Below the pieces are notes generated by a model that worked only from the letters and a program-made list of their open reading frames with translations, was not told the origin of the DNA and ran no database searches. From Pocillopora damicornis (lineage: Eukaryota): a stretch of DNA of 64,000 nt. Shown piece after piece: positions 50,401 to 64,000 of the stretch; the first letter of the stretch is position 1; each line of letters opens with the position of its first letter. Location: NCBI RefSeq assembly GCF_003704095.1, contig NW_020844174.1, positions 62,001 through 126,000 of the forward strand, read 5' to 3'. The position numbers and the translations under genes were made by a program.

Positions 50401-52301
50401 TGAAGACCTTAGACGGCCAGTTAAATTGAATTCTTATGATGTTTTCACCCTTTCTAATCAAAGAATGGAAATCTAAAAGGAGAACAGAGGCAACCCCTGT
50501 GTGAGTCGAATTCAAGGCCATTATTAGATTACTTTCTTGTGAGTAACCGAAAGTATTTGACTTTCTTTCTCGACAATAACTTAAGTAAACTTTGGTCGCC
50601 TTTGCTTTTCCAAAAATTTTGAGCAAATAATTTTTGTACAAACAAACAGTCATTATAGCTTAAGAGACAACTTTTTAAAAAAAGAGTTATGTTTATTTGA
50701 GTGACTGAAAGTTTGCCAAGAGAACGGGATAAATCTCCTTAGAAGGCAATTAACCACTTTAATTCTTCGACAATAAAACGCCGAAATTGGGGGTCTTTCC
50801 GTTTGAAAACCGCAGAAAGGACAGAAAAAGAGAACAGAATTTCCAAACAAGGCGAGACTATATTAACGCGAAAATTTGTTAGAGTTCTGACGGGAGTATG
50901 AAAGTTTTCGAAACTTCTGATTTGTGGAGAATGAGAAATAATTGTCAAGCAGGTCTCGACGATAAATTCTAGTAATAATTAGCCCTGAGGCTAATCTAAA
51001 AAGTCTACAACCGATCCATGACAATTGTCTACACAAGGTTTACTTTGCAAGACCCAAATGTAACAGATAATACCGTTGGCATTTAAAGCAAATTGAAGCT
51101 AAACTAACAAGGACCTCATTGAAATAGTGCGTAGCACTTTTCCACACTATCAGCTCAAACTTCTGTTCTTCTGTTATTCGTGTAATCTTACGACCTTTAA
51201 TTAGCTTAGCATTCATGTTACTTCCTGTCCCTCTCGAGATAATAGAGTTTTCTTTTCATTTCGAATTTTGTTGGGAAAAATGTTGGCAGATAATGTGCTT
51301 GCTGTTTCAAATGCTGGCCACACGCGTTCGTGGCCTACAAATCGCGTTTGTTCATAGAGAAAACAAAACATGGCAACACAAAAGAATGAACCATAATGGG
51401 TCGTTGTTGTGATAACCCTGATTAGGAAATCAAAAACATTTTACCCGGCTAATGGCATAAACAGACTCATTCACTGAAAGTAAACGGATTCATGGCAATG
51501 TTATTTTTTGGCTTTACTAGCATACACGCCAGTAATGAGTGATTTCCTCTTACGATATCGTCCACCGAGATAACGCCTGACAATTTTCGCACAATTTGCG
51601 AATAATTTATGATCGGCCTTTTTTAACCTCCAATCATTGTCAGCATTTAGCGTGGAGATTCTCCAACATATGTTTCGTTGTTTAACGTTTCCATTAGAGC
51701 GCATGTTCCCTACTATTCGAAAGGGTCTCATTTCATTTGTAAGGCTCGCCACATTTTGCTCACCAAGACCATTTATTAGGTATTAAAATCGGAAGAACTT
51801 AATCTCTAACCTTCCAGCTTTTGTGACAATCATCTCTGTGCCCAAAGCGTAGAAATCGTCCCATAAATTCTTCATCTCTATTTCTACTTTCACGTTTGCT
51901 AAAGAACAAGACAGCGGACTGCTTGGAGGGGTAGACGAGGAAGAACATCGTTCGTCGACTCTTCGAAAATCGGACGCCGTTCTTGTCGCGTCGCTGTTAA
52001 TCGTTGTGGAGTTCTGCCGAAAAGCTACCTTTTTCCCCGTTCCTGCATTACGTAGCCTCTCTAAAACAATGAAGCGAAAAAACCAAGGTGTAAGTAATAT
52101 CAGTCACCTATGAGGTGCTGAAATATCTTCTCTCTCACCTTCCATATCTTTCGTAAGCTTGAAGGATCCCCAGTTGAACATAATTGGAGATTGTGTCTGT
52201 CGGTTGTTGATGTTCATAAACTCAGGGAACTGTGAAGCGTCTATCAAATGTGCAATTGAGAACGCGTTCGCCTTAGGAGACAGCAACCCGGAGAGGTCCA
52301 T
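44451..52301 (-). CDS. TBX1: T-box transcription factor, Tbx1/10 class, paralogue A (7 coding exons, complete)
   Basis: Exons 52301-52139, 52060-51811, 47994-47721, 47115-46948, 46021-45954, 45438-45311, 44749-44451. eh1 motif [97 protein letters not shown]. Confidence 0.93.
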
Positions 52302-55300
52302 CTAATGATAAACCGGCTGTTGACCGGTTTATAATATGCAGTCCAAAGGCTACGCGTCTAACGGTGTTTACCACGCGAATTTAGACGCGAAAGATACGCA
52401 AACCGTGTGATGAGCCGAGCCTGTGCGCTTGTCTAAAGGCGGAATTTCCAGTATCTTGGGTTTTGCTCTCGAATTATGTCCTGCTGTCATTCATCATAGT
52501 CATTACGAAAACAATAACTGTCAACCACGCGGACAAACAGTCGAGTGGATAGTCTGAAGAAGATTGCAGTGGAATTACGAAGACGTGAAAATTTGGGTTT
52601 GTTTATAGCGCGATTTGGCCACTAAAGCGCTATTTTCGGATGCGACGAATAAATGAAATCAAGAATCTTCGAGCGGGTCAAGGATGATCTCATGTCCTTT
52701 ATCCTGTTAAGAACGCAACAGGGCGACCGCATAATCACGCTGTGTAAATTGCCATCATTTGATCCGTGGGCAATGCTGTTGTTTTTGCACGTGAGACTTA
52801 AGAGCCATAAAACGCAATCTGTTCTTTAGGTGGCATCGCGGCTGTTAAAATTTCACATCATCGGGTAGTATGACCTAACTAACGCTCGAGAGAAGGTCAT
52901 TAGCCATAGATGGCAAGATAGGAAAGGAGATTTTCACGAGAATAACTCATGATAAGCGACTCCCCTCAGCTGGGCGCAGCGTTCTTGAGGGGAGTGTTTC
53001 TGCGCAAACAACCAAATTGCAGGGTGCTAGATGTGTCCTTAATTGACATTGTTAAACAAACTGAAATGACAACAAGCGTACTGGTAAAACAATTACGCCA
53101 TAATTCTTTGTTATCATTTTCGCTCCTTTTATTAACGAGGTGTCAATCAATTGGGGTGAGTGATTGTTGTTGCTTGGTTTGGCTTCATCGGGCGGTGAAT
53201 TACAGGATTTCGAAAAGCATCTTTCATCGGCCATATTATCAGGACGAACTGTAAATGAATTCAAGAGAGCGGCTTTGCGTTCGCGCAAGATCAGGAAGTA
53301 CGAGCGATATTCAAACGAAATAAAAGACAAAAAATGAAGGTGGTTATCCTCCGTGTCTAATGCCTAAGTTACTGAAATTCCATCACATTCACTTAATTCT
53401 CTGGCAAAAACCAGATGTCAAGAAAAGAATCGATTTTGCGAATAATCCCACCTTTTTATGTCTACTCAGCTCCGATTATTCGTTGTTTCAACGAAAGGTG
53501 TTCATCCATTTGGATTCAGTATGATCATACATTATTTTTACAAAGCATAAGGTTAGCCTGTTACAGCGATGGAAAAAATAGTAAGCACTCATGTTGAAAA
53601 CTTGATATTCGGAGCAAACACAAATGCTATTTTGAACGACCTCAGACATGTCATTTGACCGTCTTGAATTTCGACAAAGAACACACGTTCACGATTTTTT
53701 TACTATTTTCTTTAGATGTTAAAACGTGATAGTTACGGGGCAAGTTACTTCAAAGCCCAAACGGGAAAGTATCTCTATTTTTATTTCGAAAGAAACTGTT
53801 TCTGTAAAAATAATAGTTGGGACACTGTCGGAAACAAGTGTTATTGTTTTCTCAATTTTCTGTGTGCGCGAGATCAAAGCATTTGTGAGAACACGGGGGC
53901 GTATTTCTGCTTACCGCCAAAACTATTCAGAATTCCGCCCTTAGCGAAGGAGGAAATAGGTGTTTAAAAATGATGTTATATTTAAACTATTCCCAAAAAA
54001 TTAAAGCGTATTTAACGTGGGATAATCATTCAAGATTATGAAAAGTGTTTTGAGGATTATTTAGTTCGCCCCACCCCGATTAAATCTATGTCCTTCCCCC
54101 AAAGGTGCAGTTAGTAGCCAAAGAGTCGCACACTCAACTTCCCCGATCTTAAAAGAAAAAAAATATTCCGTAGTGTTTTCTAATTTCATTACTTCCATTG
54201 AAGGCCCCAACAATTTTAATGAATAAAAATGGTTGACCTTACCACTAACTAGTAATATGGGGAACTTCGACCTCTGCAATTGTTTGCCGACGAGAAAGAA
54301 ATTGGAAGGTGCCCAAGAATAATGATAAACCTACACAAGAGTTACTGAATGGGACCCTTAAGCGTTTCTATTTTTGTTATTGTCATTCCCGGCAGCGACA
54401 TGCCATGATGTATTTTGATTTTAACTCGCCGAATATTTTTTTATCTGAAGGTCAAAAAGGCCGCGCAGTGAAACGCCGAATTGCGAACAAACCGCAGCTA
54501 ACGGCTGTCAAATGAAAAATGACTTGAAAAAGTTCTTTTTTTTGTGAGCATAATTAAGAGTGGGTTGAGTTGCGACATCTATGATTGATTTTTTTCCCTT
54601 TTTTAACCTTCCCTTTTATCTGGATATTTAGTATGACTGACCGAGGAGGTGATATAATCATTCTCGCCAGCCACGCGCCTTCCCAGACCTCTTGTGGTGT
54701 TGGTGCGTGTCTTCTCGATAAATCGGAATTATTATCACGCATGGAATATGACTTGAACTATATCTTTAAAAACGCATTAGATTCAAGGTCGTCATTCAGC
54801 ATTCAAGGGCATTGTTGACCCTTCAGTACTTTTGAACACACCAGGTGACCCTTGACTCAGAAATCATTCATCGACTCAATCAATTCTCCCGTTCTTAGCC
54901 GGGTAAAAAAGTGTTTTTAAGTCGTAGCAGAAAAATAATACATTTGACTTGAGTCTCGATGTCCTTGCTCAGGATCGTGTACGAGACCATACTTCAGGTA
55001 TCTGTTCGGTGTAAAACCAATGGAGTCGAGAAAGATGGGACGTAGAAAAAAAATCTGGGTCCCTCGTGAGAGAATAGTGGAAGAGTGGAGAGGTACTTAC
55101 TGTGATTTGAAATGATAGAGAATCCCGGATGGCTCAACATAACATTATGACTGACTTCCCTTTTATAAATCTCGCCATTGGAGAAATTTCTAAGTCCGCT
55201 TAATTAGTTTGTACAAGAGTCATTCAACTCCAGTATTGCTTGTTGCTCTGAGAAAAAAAGTTTCTCTCAAATTAATGAAACAAATCATATTTAAACCACG

Positions 55301-55319
55301 ATGAGAATTAAAAACTGGT

Positions 55320-55460
55320 TGTAACAATTATCTGCCATTAAAGAAATTGCGAAAAAAGATCTGACGCAGTTTGAACCCGTGTTTCCGAGATACTTGTTGA
55401 GCCCCACTTCCAACTGTGATACGAAGCCTCCTATCGGAGGCGAGGAAATTTTTCGCGGGG
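55320..55460 (-). mobile_element. Degenerate tRNA-derived SINE-like fragment
   Basis: tttgaacccgtg...ccaactgtgatacgaagcc resembles the reverse complement of a B-box/A-box tRNA-like head; too decayed for a tRNA cloverleaf. Confidence 0.4.
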
Positions 55461-58400
55461 TCTTAAAAGAATAATCCAGGAAGTATAATAAGATCGAGGG
55501 AATCGTAAAGCAGACTGAAGGGAGAGGAAAGCCCGTCCCTTGGTTATCCTTCCTCTTCTTTTCAATTAATTCGATATGTGCTGGCTCAGGTTTTTCGACC
55601 GTACTCCTAGAGAGTTTCCAACTACCATTCGGGAATTATGGAAAACTTGGATTAACAACCGGATATGCCAAGATTTTGTGGTCACAAAGCCGACTGAGTC
55701 AAACACACGTACACCGGCTTTTGTCAGCCTTATATTCTGAAAAAACATGAACTTAAATTACAACACAATACCTATTTCAGTGGTTTCGCTTTTTCTACCA
55801 CTTGGAATCATTGGAGTGGAACGACGAGGGAGATCGGAATATTCCATAATTTGTGAGTCAGACAATTTTGAGTTTTCCCTCTCGCAACTCGTATCATATC
55901 TAAATTATTACTCTTGTATTGATTGCCGTCGATCTGAAATGCTTTGCATAGGTTCGAAAAGTCCCATACCTCTTCACATCAAAGAACCCGAGGTCGTTTG
56001 CGGCTTTGCGCTTAACCGCCACAAAAAATCTAAGGAATCTAATTTAGATTTTGTCTGGTCAGGATTTGTAAAATTGAAGAAATGAGATACCATAGTTTTC
56101 TACTCAGGAACAAGAATAAATTTTTTAAGAGCAAGTAATATGCTAGTTGTCATATTGCCAAAACAGCCATTTTTTTACGTTTTTTCCGTTCTTTAGAAAG
56201 TGTCGAATAGTAATGTCTAGCAACTATCCTCTGAAGTCCTAGCCGGAACTCGTCAAAAATAGGCCAGACAGAGCTCTCCGGAATTTTTTCCTTCAAGACG
56301 TTTTCAATTTGTTGTTTTCAATCAAATACATTATTTTTAATGCTGTAAATCTTCCTAATACTGTAATGATCAATCAACCAACCCGTTTTGTTTGAGACAA
56401 TAATTGTTTTTTTTAATATTATTTTTTTTGGCCAGACGATTCTAGTGAGATGGAAAAACCATGAAAAATGTCGCACACAATCCAATTCCATCGTTTTTTT
56501 ATGTAATAGCAATCCTCATTTAGAAAATTTCTCAACTTTCAAAGTTGACTTATGAGATAACAAAATGACGGGCTTCCTAGCCATGATGCTTAATCAACAG
56601 AAAATGAATTGAAATAATTCCAAAAAAATGATGTGAGTGTATGGAAATTGTGAAGGAAATATCAGCCGCCTAGAGTGAAATCATGTAATTTAATTGAATT
56701 CAATTTGAGAATGTAGCCGATTTAAAGTGCAGTATGAGGTGCTATATCGTTATAAGAAGTAGGTTGCCATAGATTGAGTAACGCAAGCATTGCATACCAG
56801 TGTAATGGAACGCATTTCGATTGAGTGTCAGGTGGAACCAAAACTGACCAAAGTCATCACAACAGTCAGTCATAACGAAGATTAGTATCACAAGGAGTCA
56901 ATGCGTTTTCAAAGGAAAACAAGCAAACTGCCTGAAGCGCGCGAAAACGCGAGTTATTAAGTCGCAATTGACATGCATCTGATTGCATCTGATTGGTCAA
57001 GAAGGTAGCGCGAATTCTTTGAGCCAATTACGGAACAATATGAACAAAAACTGATGAATTCCCAGATGACTTTGGACTCTCAGCTGAGAAGTGCTCTGTG
57101 ATATGGTTTGAGTAAATCAGCTCAATCCGTGGTATAGATTCAAGTAAGCCCTGCTACATACAGCAGGGTTAACATACACCTTATATCGACTCTGGCATGC
57201 CTCCAATAGGCTTCCTCTCTCTCTCTCTGTAAGGCCGATTGTCACCTGTTGTCAATCACTTATTGAAATTATCGATCTGGGTTTAGAATTTTATTGCAAT
57301 TATTTTAATAAACGGAGTTCTGATGTCCTGAGGCGTATNNNNNNNNNNNNNNNNNNNNNNNNNNNNNNNNNNNNNNNNNNNNNNNNNNNNNNNNNNNNNN
57401 NNNNNNNNNNNNNNNNNNNNNNNNNNNNNNNNNNNNNNTTACTATAAGCACTTTTTTTAAGTTTCAAATCTCTGAGTCAAATCAGAATCTTAAGTTGAAA
57501 GTGTACCGTCAACTTTCCAGCTAGTTCACTGCAAATTACCTAAGTTTCTTCGAGAAAAAAGTACTTTAGATTATTTTTCCCGCATAGAACAGGTCTTGGT
57601 GCGTAAGAATCACCACGCCCATGACAGCTTGAGAAGTCAGGTACAGGTTCCAGTCCTTTTTGATATTGTCAATATCAGTAAGAATTGTTCGACATCTCAG
57701 ACAAGAAATTTCATCGCAGTTTTCCACAATCGGTTGGAGGTGAAAGAAAACATATTTCTTTGAGATAGGCACGACCATTCCAGTTCAGTTCACCGAAGTT
57801 ATCCTGACCATTAGAAGTAATGATAATTTAAATCTGGGTAAAAGTCTCTATAGACTCTTATGAGGCAACAGGCGTCGCAGGTGCAACTGATCAAAACATA
57901 CTAGAGATTGGTTTACACGAAGTTCTCTCATTCTGGGCAGCTAATACAGAGGGAGAAATAATATTCACCCTTACAACCTTGTTTATGTCATGAGGGCATG
58001 CCAGACAGTCTACGACTGCAAATTGATCCATCTAAAAGGTCGTTCCATGTCTGAGAGTCTTATCAACAATATCTCTGTAAGAAATAGGTAAAATGCTTTT
58101 TCTTTTAAACTATTATGATGATATGTTGAAAATATTAAATTTCTCCGGTGCTCCGGTCTCAAATGAAGGTTACAACACTGCCTTTAAAAAATCATAAATC
58201 ACTTGTAATCCACTTGGCAAAAGGTTCAACATCGGCCCATCCGTTTACAATAGAAACCTGAGAAAAAAGTTTATTGCCGTTTCTCTAGCGTTCCTCCTTT
58301 GAAAATGGCTAATCTTTCCAAAATTTATTTAATCACATCGACAGCGAACTTTTAGCCTAAAATTGGGACAGGCAACATTTCACACGCGCGTCTGCCCCGC

Positions 58401-59559
58401 GCGCACGTATGTGTTTGGTAGCTTAAATACACATAAGTGTAATAGAAAGCGATAGCCGATGCTCAGATTAAACAAGTTAATTCCTCGGTCCATCTCGATC
58501 ATACCTCTTATCATTGTAAGTATAACGTTGTTGAGATTTCACTGATATTTCTGCTGACAGATTTATATAATGTCGTGCTTAAAGCGCCAATGTTCCTTGC
58601 TAGGGGTCAAAACGACTCCCGGGCTGCGATGAACGATGATCGTTTTTTTGTTCTAAATATACATCGATGTATTAATTTCTTGTATAACATTTGGCTTCCT
58701 CGTTTTCCGTCTTGAAAATCATTTGTTTTCTTTGCGAAGACGTGTTATTTGAGTGAGCAAATTTTCATGCGAATTACCTTTTGTATTTCTTCAAACTGAA
58801 AAACATTTGGAAAAATTTCTGTGTTTCGTGTTCCTGGGAGGAAACAACAGACATTGCCTTGACGTTCCATAAATGTTTCATCCAATGTTGAGTACACGGG
58901 TTTTTTTTGAACAACAGAAAAACAACAACAGTAAAACAAATACATACTTGAAAACTAACGGATTACCGCGTATTTTGTCGAGTTAAGTGTGATAATGTCG
59001 TTGTGGAAAACGGATTTCATCTACAGGGACTCATTTACACCTGGTTTAGAACAAGTTGACTGACAGAACGCGGCTGATTAAGACAGCATCTGCACCTAGT
59101 GAGCCAACCATGATGAGGTTGTGACCTCAGGCAATATAAGAGTGACTTTTGATAAAGAAAATACATTAACAACTTTTCGTTCATCAATCCACTCCAAAAT
59201 CCAAACCAAATGTCTTCGAAGAACAACCTAAGATCCATTGATATGTAACTGAAGCACTATTCTGAGATAAGTGTACGGTTCGGTGCGGCGTGCATACTCG
59301 GAGGGTCGACTGGCTGTGTTCGAATCGTCAATCTAGAGCCTGAAAAATTCTATCCGCCACCACTGACAATATGCTGTCAATTAACTAATTAATGGTCAAG
59401 GGATATCTTCCAGCCGCTTGACAAGGATTTTTAACAACACGCATGATTGGGTCATCCAGGCACAACGACATCAGTACAGACCGAATCACCAGACGACGTG
59501 AATCAGCCATCAGTTATAAGCAGCCAACTCGACCTTTTATCAGGTATTAGCTTCATGTT

Positions 59560-62500
59560 ATGGACAGTTCGGGATTTCTGTCTCCTAAGGCGAACGCTTT
59601 CTCCATTGCACACCTGATCGACCGAGCACAGCTCGCAGACCTTGCGTTTTTGCGCGGCCAGAATCCTAACTACAACTGGAACTCGCAAGTTCTACTGAAA
59701 GATATGGAAGGTACAACCATAATGCGCGCGCGCGCTATCAATCAAATTCGAGTCCGGAAAGATTTTGGCACTACCTTCCCTGCGGTTTTCCTGGGAGTTG
59801 ATGAGTGTCTGAGCTTATAATTTGTTTTGCAGAGCGCCTGATGAACGTAGGAACGGGTAAGAGAGCACCAGCCAGAAGAGTCAACCAACATATGATGCCA
59901 GAGGACTCTGACGAAGAAAGCGATGCGGGACACTCCCCAGTATCAAACTCCCCGCCACCTCAATCTTCCTGCTCTCAAGCTGTGGCATCTAGGCCATTAT
60001 GCAGCGGACTGATCAACGCTCGAGTAGACTTGGAAATGAAGAGTTTATGGGAAGAGTTTCACGGGCTCGGCACAGAGATGATAGTGACGAAGGCGGGAAG
60101 GTAACCAACCACGAATTTATTTACATTATCCGTTTTGGGGGCATTTAGACCCTCTGGTTCCACTTCAATTTTAGACTTATCAAGGTTTAATCCAGGGTGA
60201 AGTAAACGAGCTCTCGTTTTGTTATCTCAAGATTCTTTAGAGATGCAGTGGTTTTTTCGTATCAGATTTCAAATAATGGTTTCCGTGATTTCAAGGGGAG
60301 AATCGATTCTCTTTAGGTTTCAAGCGAGACCGACCCAAGATCTATAGTTACATCTCAGACATGAACACTGAATGAAATGAGAGTCTAAAAGTCAATTTAA
60401 GAAGCGTGCGCTTAAAACCTCCTTTTGATTGGACTGGAAAGATAGACAATGCTTTTGAAGTCCCGGTTTACACTGCTCGATCCTCGGCCATCTTTCATCA
60501 GAAATGAGGTTTCGTTAATAAGACACGAGTAGGTTATCCATTGTCGCGTTATTTCTTTAACAAGCGATGGTGTAAAACAGCCGTGAAAGATTTATTATGT
60601 TGAAAAGAAGCCTTATTGTAATTACACGAATTGAAACACCGGACGGAATAGACCATAAGTTGCTCGTTGATGGATGTCGCTGGTAAATTAACCGAAAACA
60701 ATACAGCAATAAAAACACTGGCAATAAAAACGTAGGTGAAAATGGGATATGGATTATCAATCGGAAACATACGTCTCAGGGAGTTTTCACATTCTTTATA
60801 TACAAGTATCCATGAAGCAAGACTTAGTAAAACTCGAAGTGGTGATAAGTCCAAAAGAGTTGTGTTCTCTCCTTTTAAGATTTCACGATTCACGATTCAT
60901 GTCCGGACAAGAGACAATTTTACGATGCTTCCTATAAGACGAAGGCTTGTGCGTTCTTGCTGAATTAAATTAGCCATTTCTACAGGATTGTTCGAAGTAC
61001 ATCTGACCTCTGGTATTTGCAGATCATTAGAAATTCAATATGCTGTACTATATTTGGTCAAAAACTGGTAAGGATTCGTAGCAGCGGGAGAGTTTCTGCA
61101 GAAGGAAACCAGAGTGATTTTGACTGAAAACAACCATCGAAGTGATTTGAGAAAGAATCCCTAATATCCTACGTGTTAATACATATTTCTAGTTCCACCG
61201 GTCAAGTTTCTGTATCATTTGAAGGGTGTGACGTCAGTGATAATTAAGTTACCCTTGAAAAGTTATCTCTCAAAACTTTGAAATATAAAGCCAGAGAATG
61301 CAAACTAGTGGTTTTCTTTTTTGTATCAGTAATACACTCATCGAACCTTATTAAAAAGAATTTTCATTCTTTGCAACAGAAACATTTCCTCTGAAATCGT
61401 TTACACTACTGGTGCGATTGGAATAATAAGTTCCGGAAAACCTCACGTGTAGAACTGAAGATGGTGGTTTTTTTTCATTTTAATGTTAAAACCTTCCTCA
61501 TGAATTGTATAGCATTTAACACTACTGCATTGTCTGGAAAATCCATCAGTAACACGTGTGAGTCAGCCAAAGATTTTTACCTTCTGCTTTTCATTGCTTC
61601 GCTCTTGATGAATTTGATTGAAAATGACAATCGAATAATCATTGAAGGTCAGGGAAGGTCTTCCTCCTGAAAAAAAACTGTCATGGCAGAATTGAGACTT
61701 AATCTGTCCTGGAGGATAAGTGAATCATAAAATCCAATTATCATAATTGGACAATGGTGGCATTCTGTAAATTACAATCTATGATTTTTTTTTAATTCTA
61801 AAATTTAATTAAAATTTCCCTCTTCAAACCTTTGCCATTGTAGCCAAGAGTATAACGTGTACAATTGAATATTAAGTAGTCGTTTCTCGCTTATGAGAGG
61901 GCTAATATATAAGCAAGAGTAAAATCCGTAGTTATCAGTCACTTTTAATTCTTCTGCTCAAAAAAAGGTCCAACTGACTATAAAAGACACGGAAAAGATG
62001 CTGAGAGAGACATCCATCAATAGAGCTCTCCCTCGATCTCTCACGAATTCACTTATTGCGGCTCATATCTTTACCCAGGAAATCAAAAACCATTCGAGCG
62101 CGTTTCGACTATGTGTCCTTGAACGAAACTAAAGTGATTTCATTAGCCAATCAAAAAAAAGAAAAAGAAAATGCTAGAAGGAGCCTGCGAGAATCCCAGG
62201 AAAAACAAACAAACTGTTTGAACCGCGTTAAACTGGCGCGAGTGATTGAGTCGTGATGGTTTCAGTTTGCTTATTTTCTTAACAATTCAGTAGTGAAGTA
62301 AGGCGAAACCAAAGCGAATTTCGGGTTCCTCTCTATACTTGATTAAACTTGCTCATGTACCTCATGTACAGAATATAAATCTCACACCAGTGTCTTGCTC
62401 GTTACGATTGAATTAAGGGTTTTTTTTCCCCTGAACGTCATTGGTTTTTGTCCATAAGACAAAACTACTGTCATGGTTTCTATCAAACTTAAATCCTTCC

Positions 62501-63026
62501 CCATGTTGCGAAATCGGCTCCAACGATTTTTGCATAGCTACCTTAAACTTGAGGCTTCCACGAGTAGTTGTCAAGTTACCTCTTTAGTATATTCATTACA
62601 TAACACTCATATCGCCAAATTCTCGTTACTAATCAAAGAGGTAATGAATAGCTGTTAAAAGGAAAAGTTATCGATCATATTTTGAGAGTGTAAAGGTTAA
62701 AACTAAGTGAAAGTTCTTGCTGCAATTTTGCAATACCTCTGGTCTTTTTCAGACGCATGTTTCCAACATTTCAAGTGCGCCTTCAAGGTCTGGACCCGTC
62801 GGCTAAGTACATCCTAATGATGGACTTCATACCAGTCGACGATAAACGTTATCGGTACGCTTTTCACAGTTCCAAGTGGCTGGTGGCAGGCAAAGCAGAC
62901 GCCAGTGTACCCGGGAGAGTACACATTCACCCTGACTCACCCTGCACTGGACAGCAATGGATGAAACAGATCGTGTCTTTTGACAAACTTAAACTCACCA
63001 ACAACCTTATGGATGACAACGGGCAT
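59560..63026 (+). CDS. TBX1: T-box transcription factor, Tbx1/10 class, paralogue B (first 3 exons; continues beyond the window)
   Basis: Exons 59560-59710, 59833-60100, 62753-63026, with the same intron positions and phases as paralogue [43 protein letters not shown]. Confidence 0.93.
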
Positions 63027-64000
63027 GTAAGTCCTAAGACACTGTCTATATCTGTAGAGTTGAGCTCATCGATCAACTCTAAATGATCACCTTGATTGAG
63101 AATATTTAAACTGCATTTATGTTTAGAAGTTCCTTAACTGGTTTTGAACCCGCTTTCCTGTTTCGCTGAAGATATCTTTGTACAAGTTCTTTGCCCAAAG
63201 AGTCTGAAAATACACAAAGGCGCAAGTTGTTGTCGCTAGATTTCGGTTTCTGATTGGTAAGGACAATCTCTTCAAGCAAAAATTTCGGCATGCTCAAAGG
63301 TCGAGAGTGCGTCACTGTCATAAAAACTTCAGAGTCGAAATTTTATGCAGAAAGTTGAAATCAAACACGCATTATTGCGAGTAATCAAATCATTCCTCAT
63401 ACAATTCAGAGTGAATGATGAAGAGAAATTTGCACCAGCCCGTAATAAAGGAACTTGCGCCTATTTATTCTACCATATTGCTCTCGAAAAAATTTGACTA
63501 TTTTTTCATAAACGCAGCTTTTGCATAACTGTGTCACTTGACCTTGTCAGTCATCAAAAATGGTTGTGGTACGAAATCGATATCAAAAATGGACAGTGCG
63601 TGATGAAATTCATGTACACGCCGTGGCTGAAATTAGCTTCATCCCTGTCAGCAGAGTCTGACGACACAAGCTGACTGTGTATGACGCAAATCTAGTTTTC
63701 TGATGATATTTTAAGGCAATCAGTGATAAAGAAAACAGATTGATTTAACAGGCGACGCAGGATTTTCGACATCTAAAGCCACCTTGAAGGCGGCCAGGAA
63801 TATTTTCCACCTGATCCTAAACGTTTGTGCGTCTAAGATTTCAGGAAACGCTTTATTTTTTGTACGCATTAGGGTAACTACATTAATCGTTATGTTTAAT
63901 TCAATTTTGTAATCTTGTAGAGCTGCTCTGAGTGCCAACAGACTTTATCTCGTGATTTTAACTGCTCTCTGACATTTCATTATGACGGCGAATTTTTGTT

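Noticed and set aside
53138-53145. AGGTGTCA T-box half-site suggesting autoregulation
   Set aside because: A single 8-mer in 7 kb is expected by chance.

Overview
Eukaryotic, AT-rich, intron-containing animal DNA. The repeat families, GPCR type and gene set look like a stony coral or other anthozoan (inference). There are eight N-gaps, several about 100 bp, so adjacency across them is uncertain. Genes reconstructed by hand from GT-AG boundaries and reading phase: (1) a two-coding-exon secreted 6-Cys peptide precursor (469-884, -) whose mature part the ORF track misses; (2) an intronless rhodopsin-class GPCR; (3) 14-exon HPS4; (4) phosphorylase kinase gamma (PHKG) with two candidate alternative first coding exons; (5) an intron-poor AFG1-like ATPase running into a gap; (6) two head-to-head Tbx1/10-class paralogues, the second truncated by the window end. 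At 19.5-25.7 kb is a nest of ISL2EU-type (PIF/Harbinger-related) DNA transposons. An internally deleted element (tandem-THAP transposase plus convergent SAP-YqaJ nuclease, about 82-bp TIRs, AT TSD) sits inside an older gene. Once the insert is removed, that gene reads as a YqaJ exonuclease fused through a repeat linker to a USP-like cysteine protease domain. This fusion and the cysteine-rich peptide are the most novel-looking items. LINE fragments, MITEs, a decayed minimal hammerhead ribozyme and simple repeats fill the introns and intergenic DNA.
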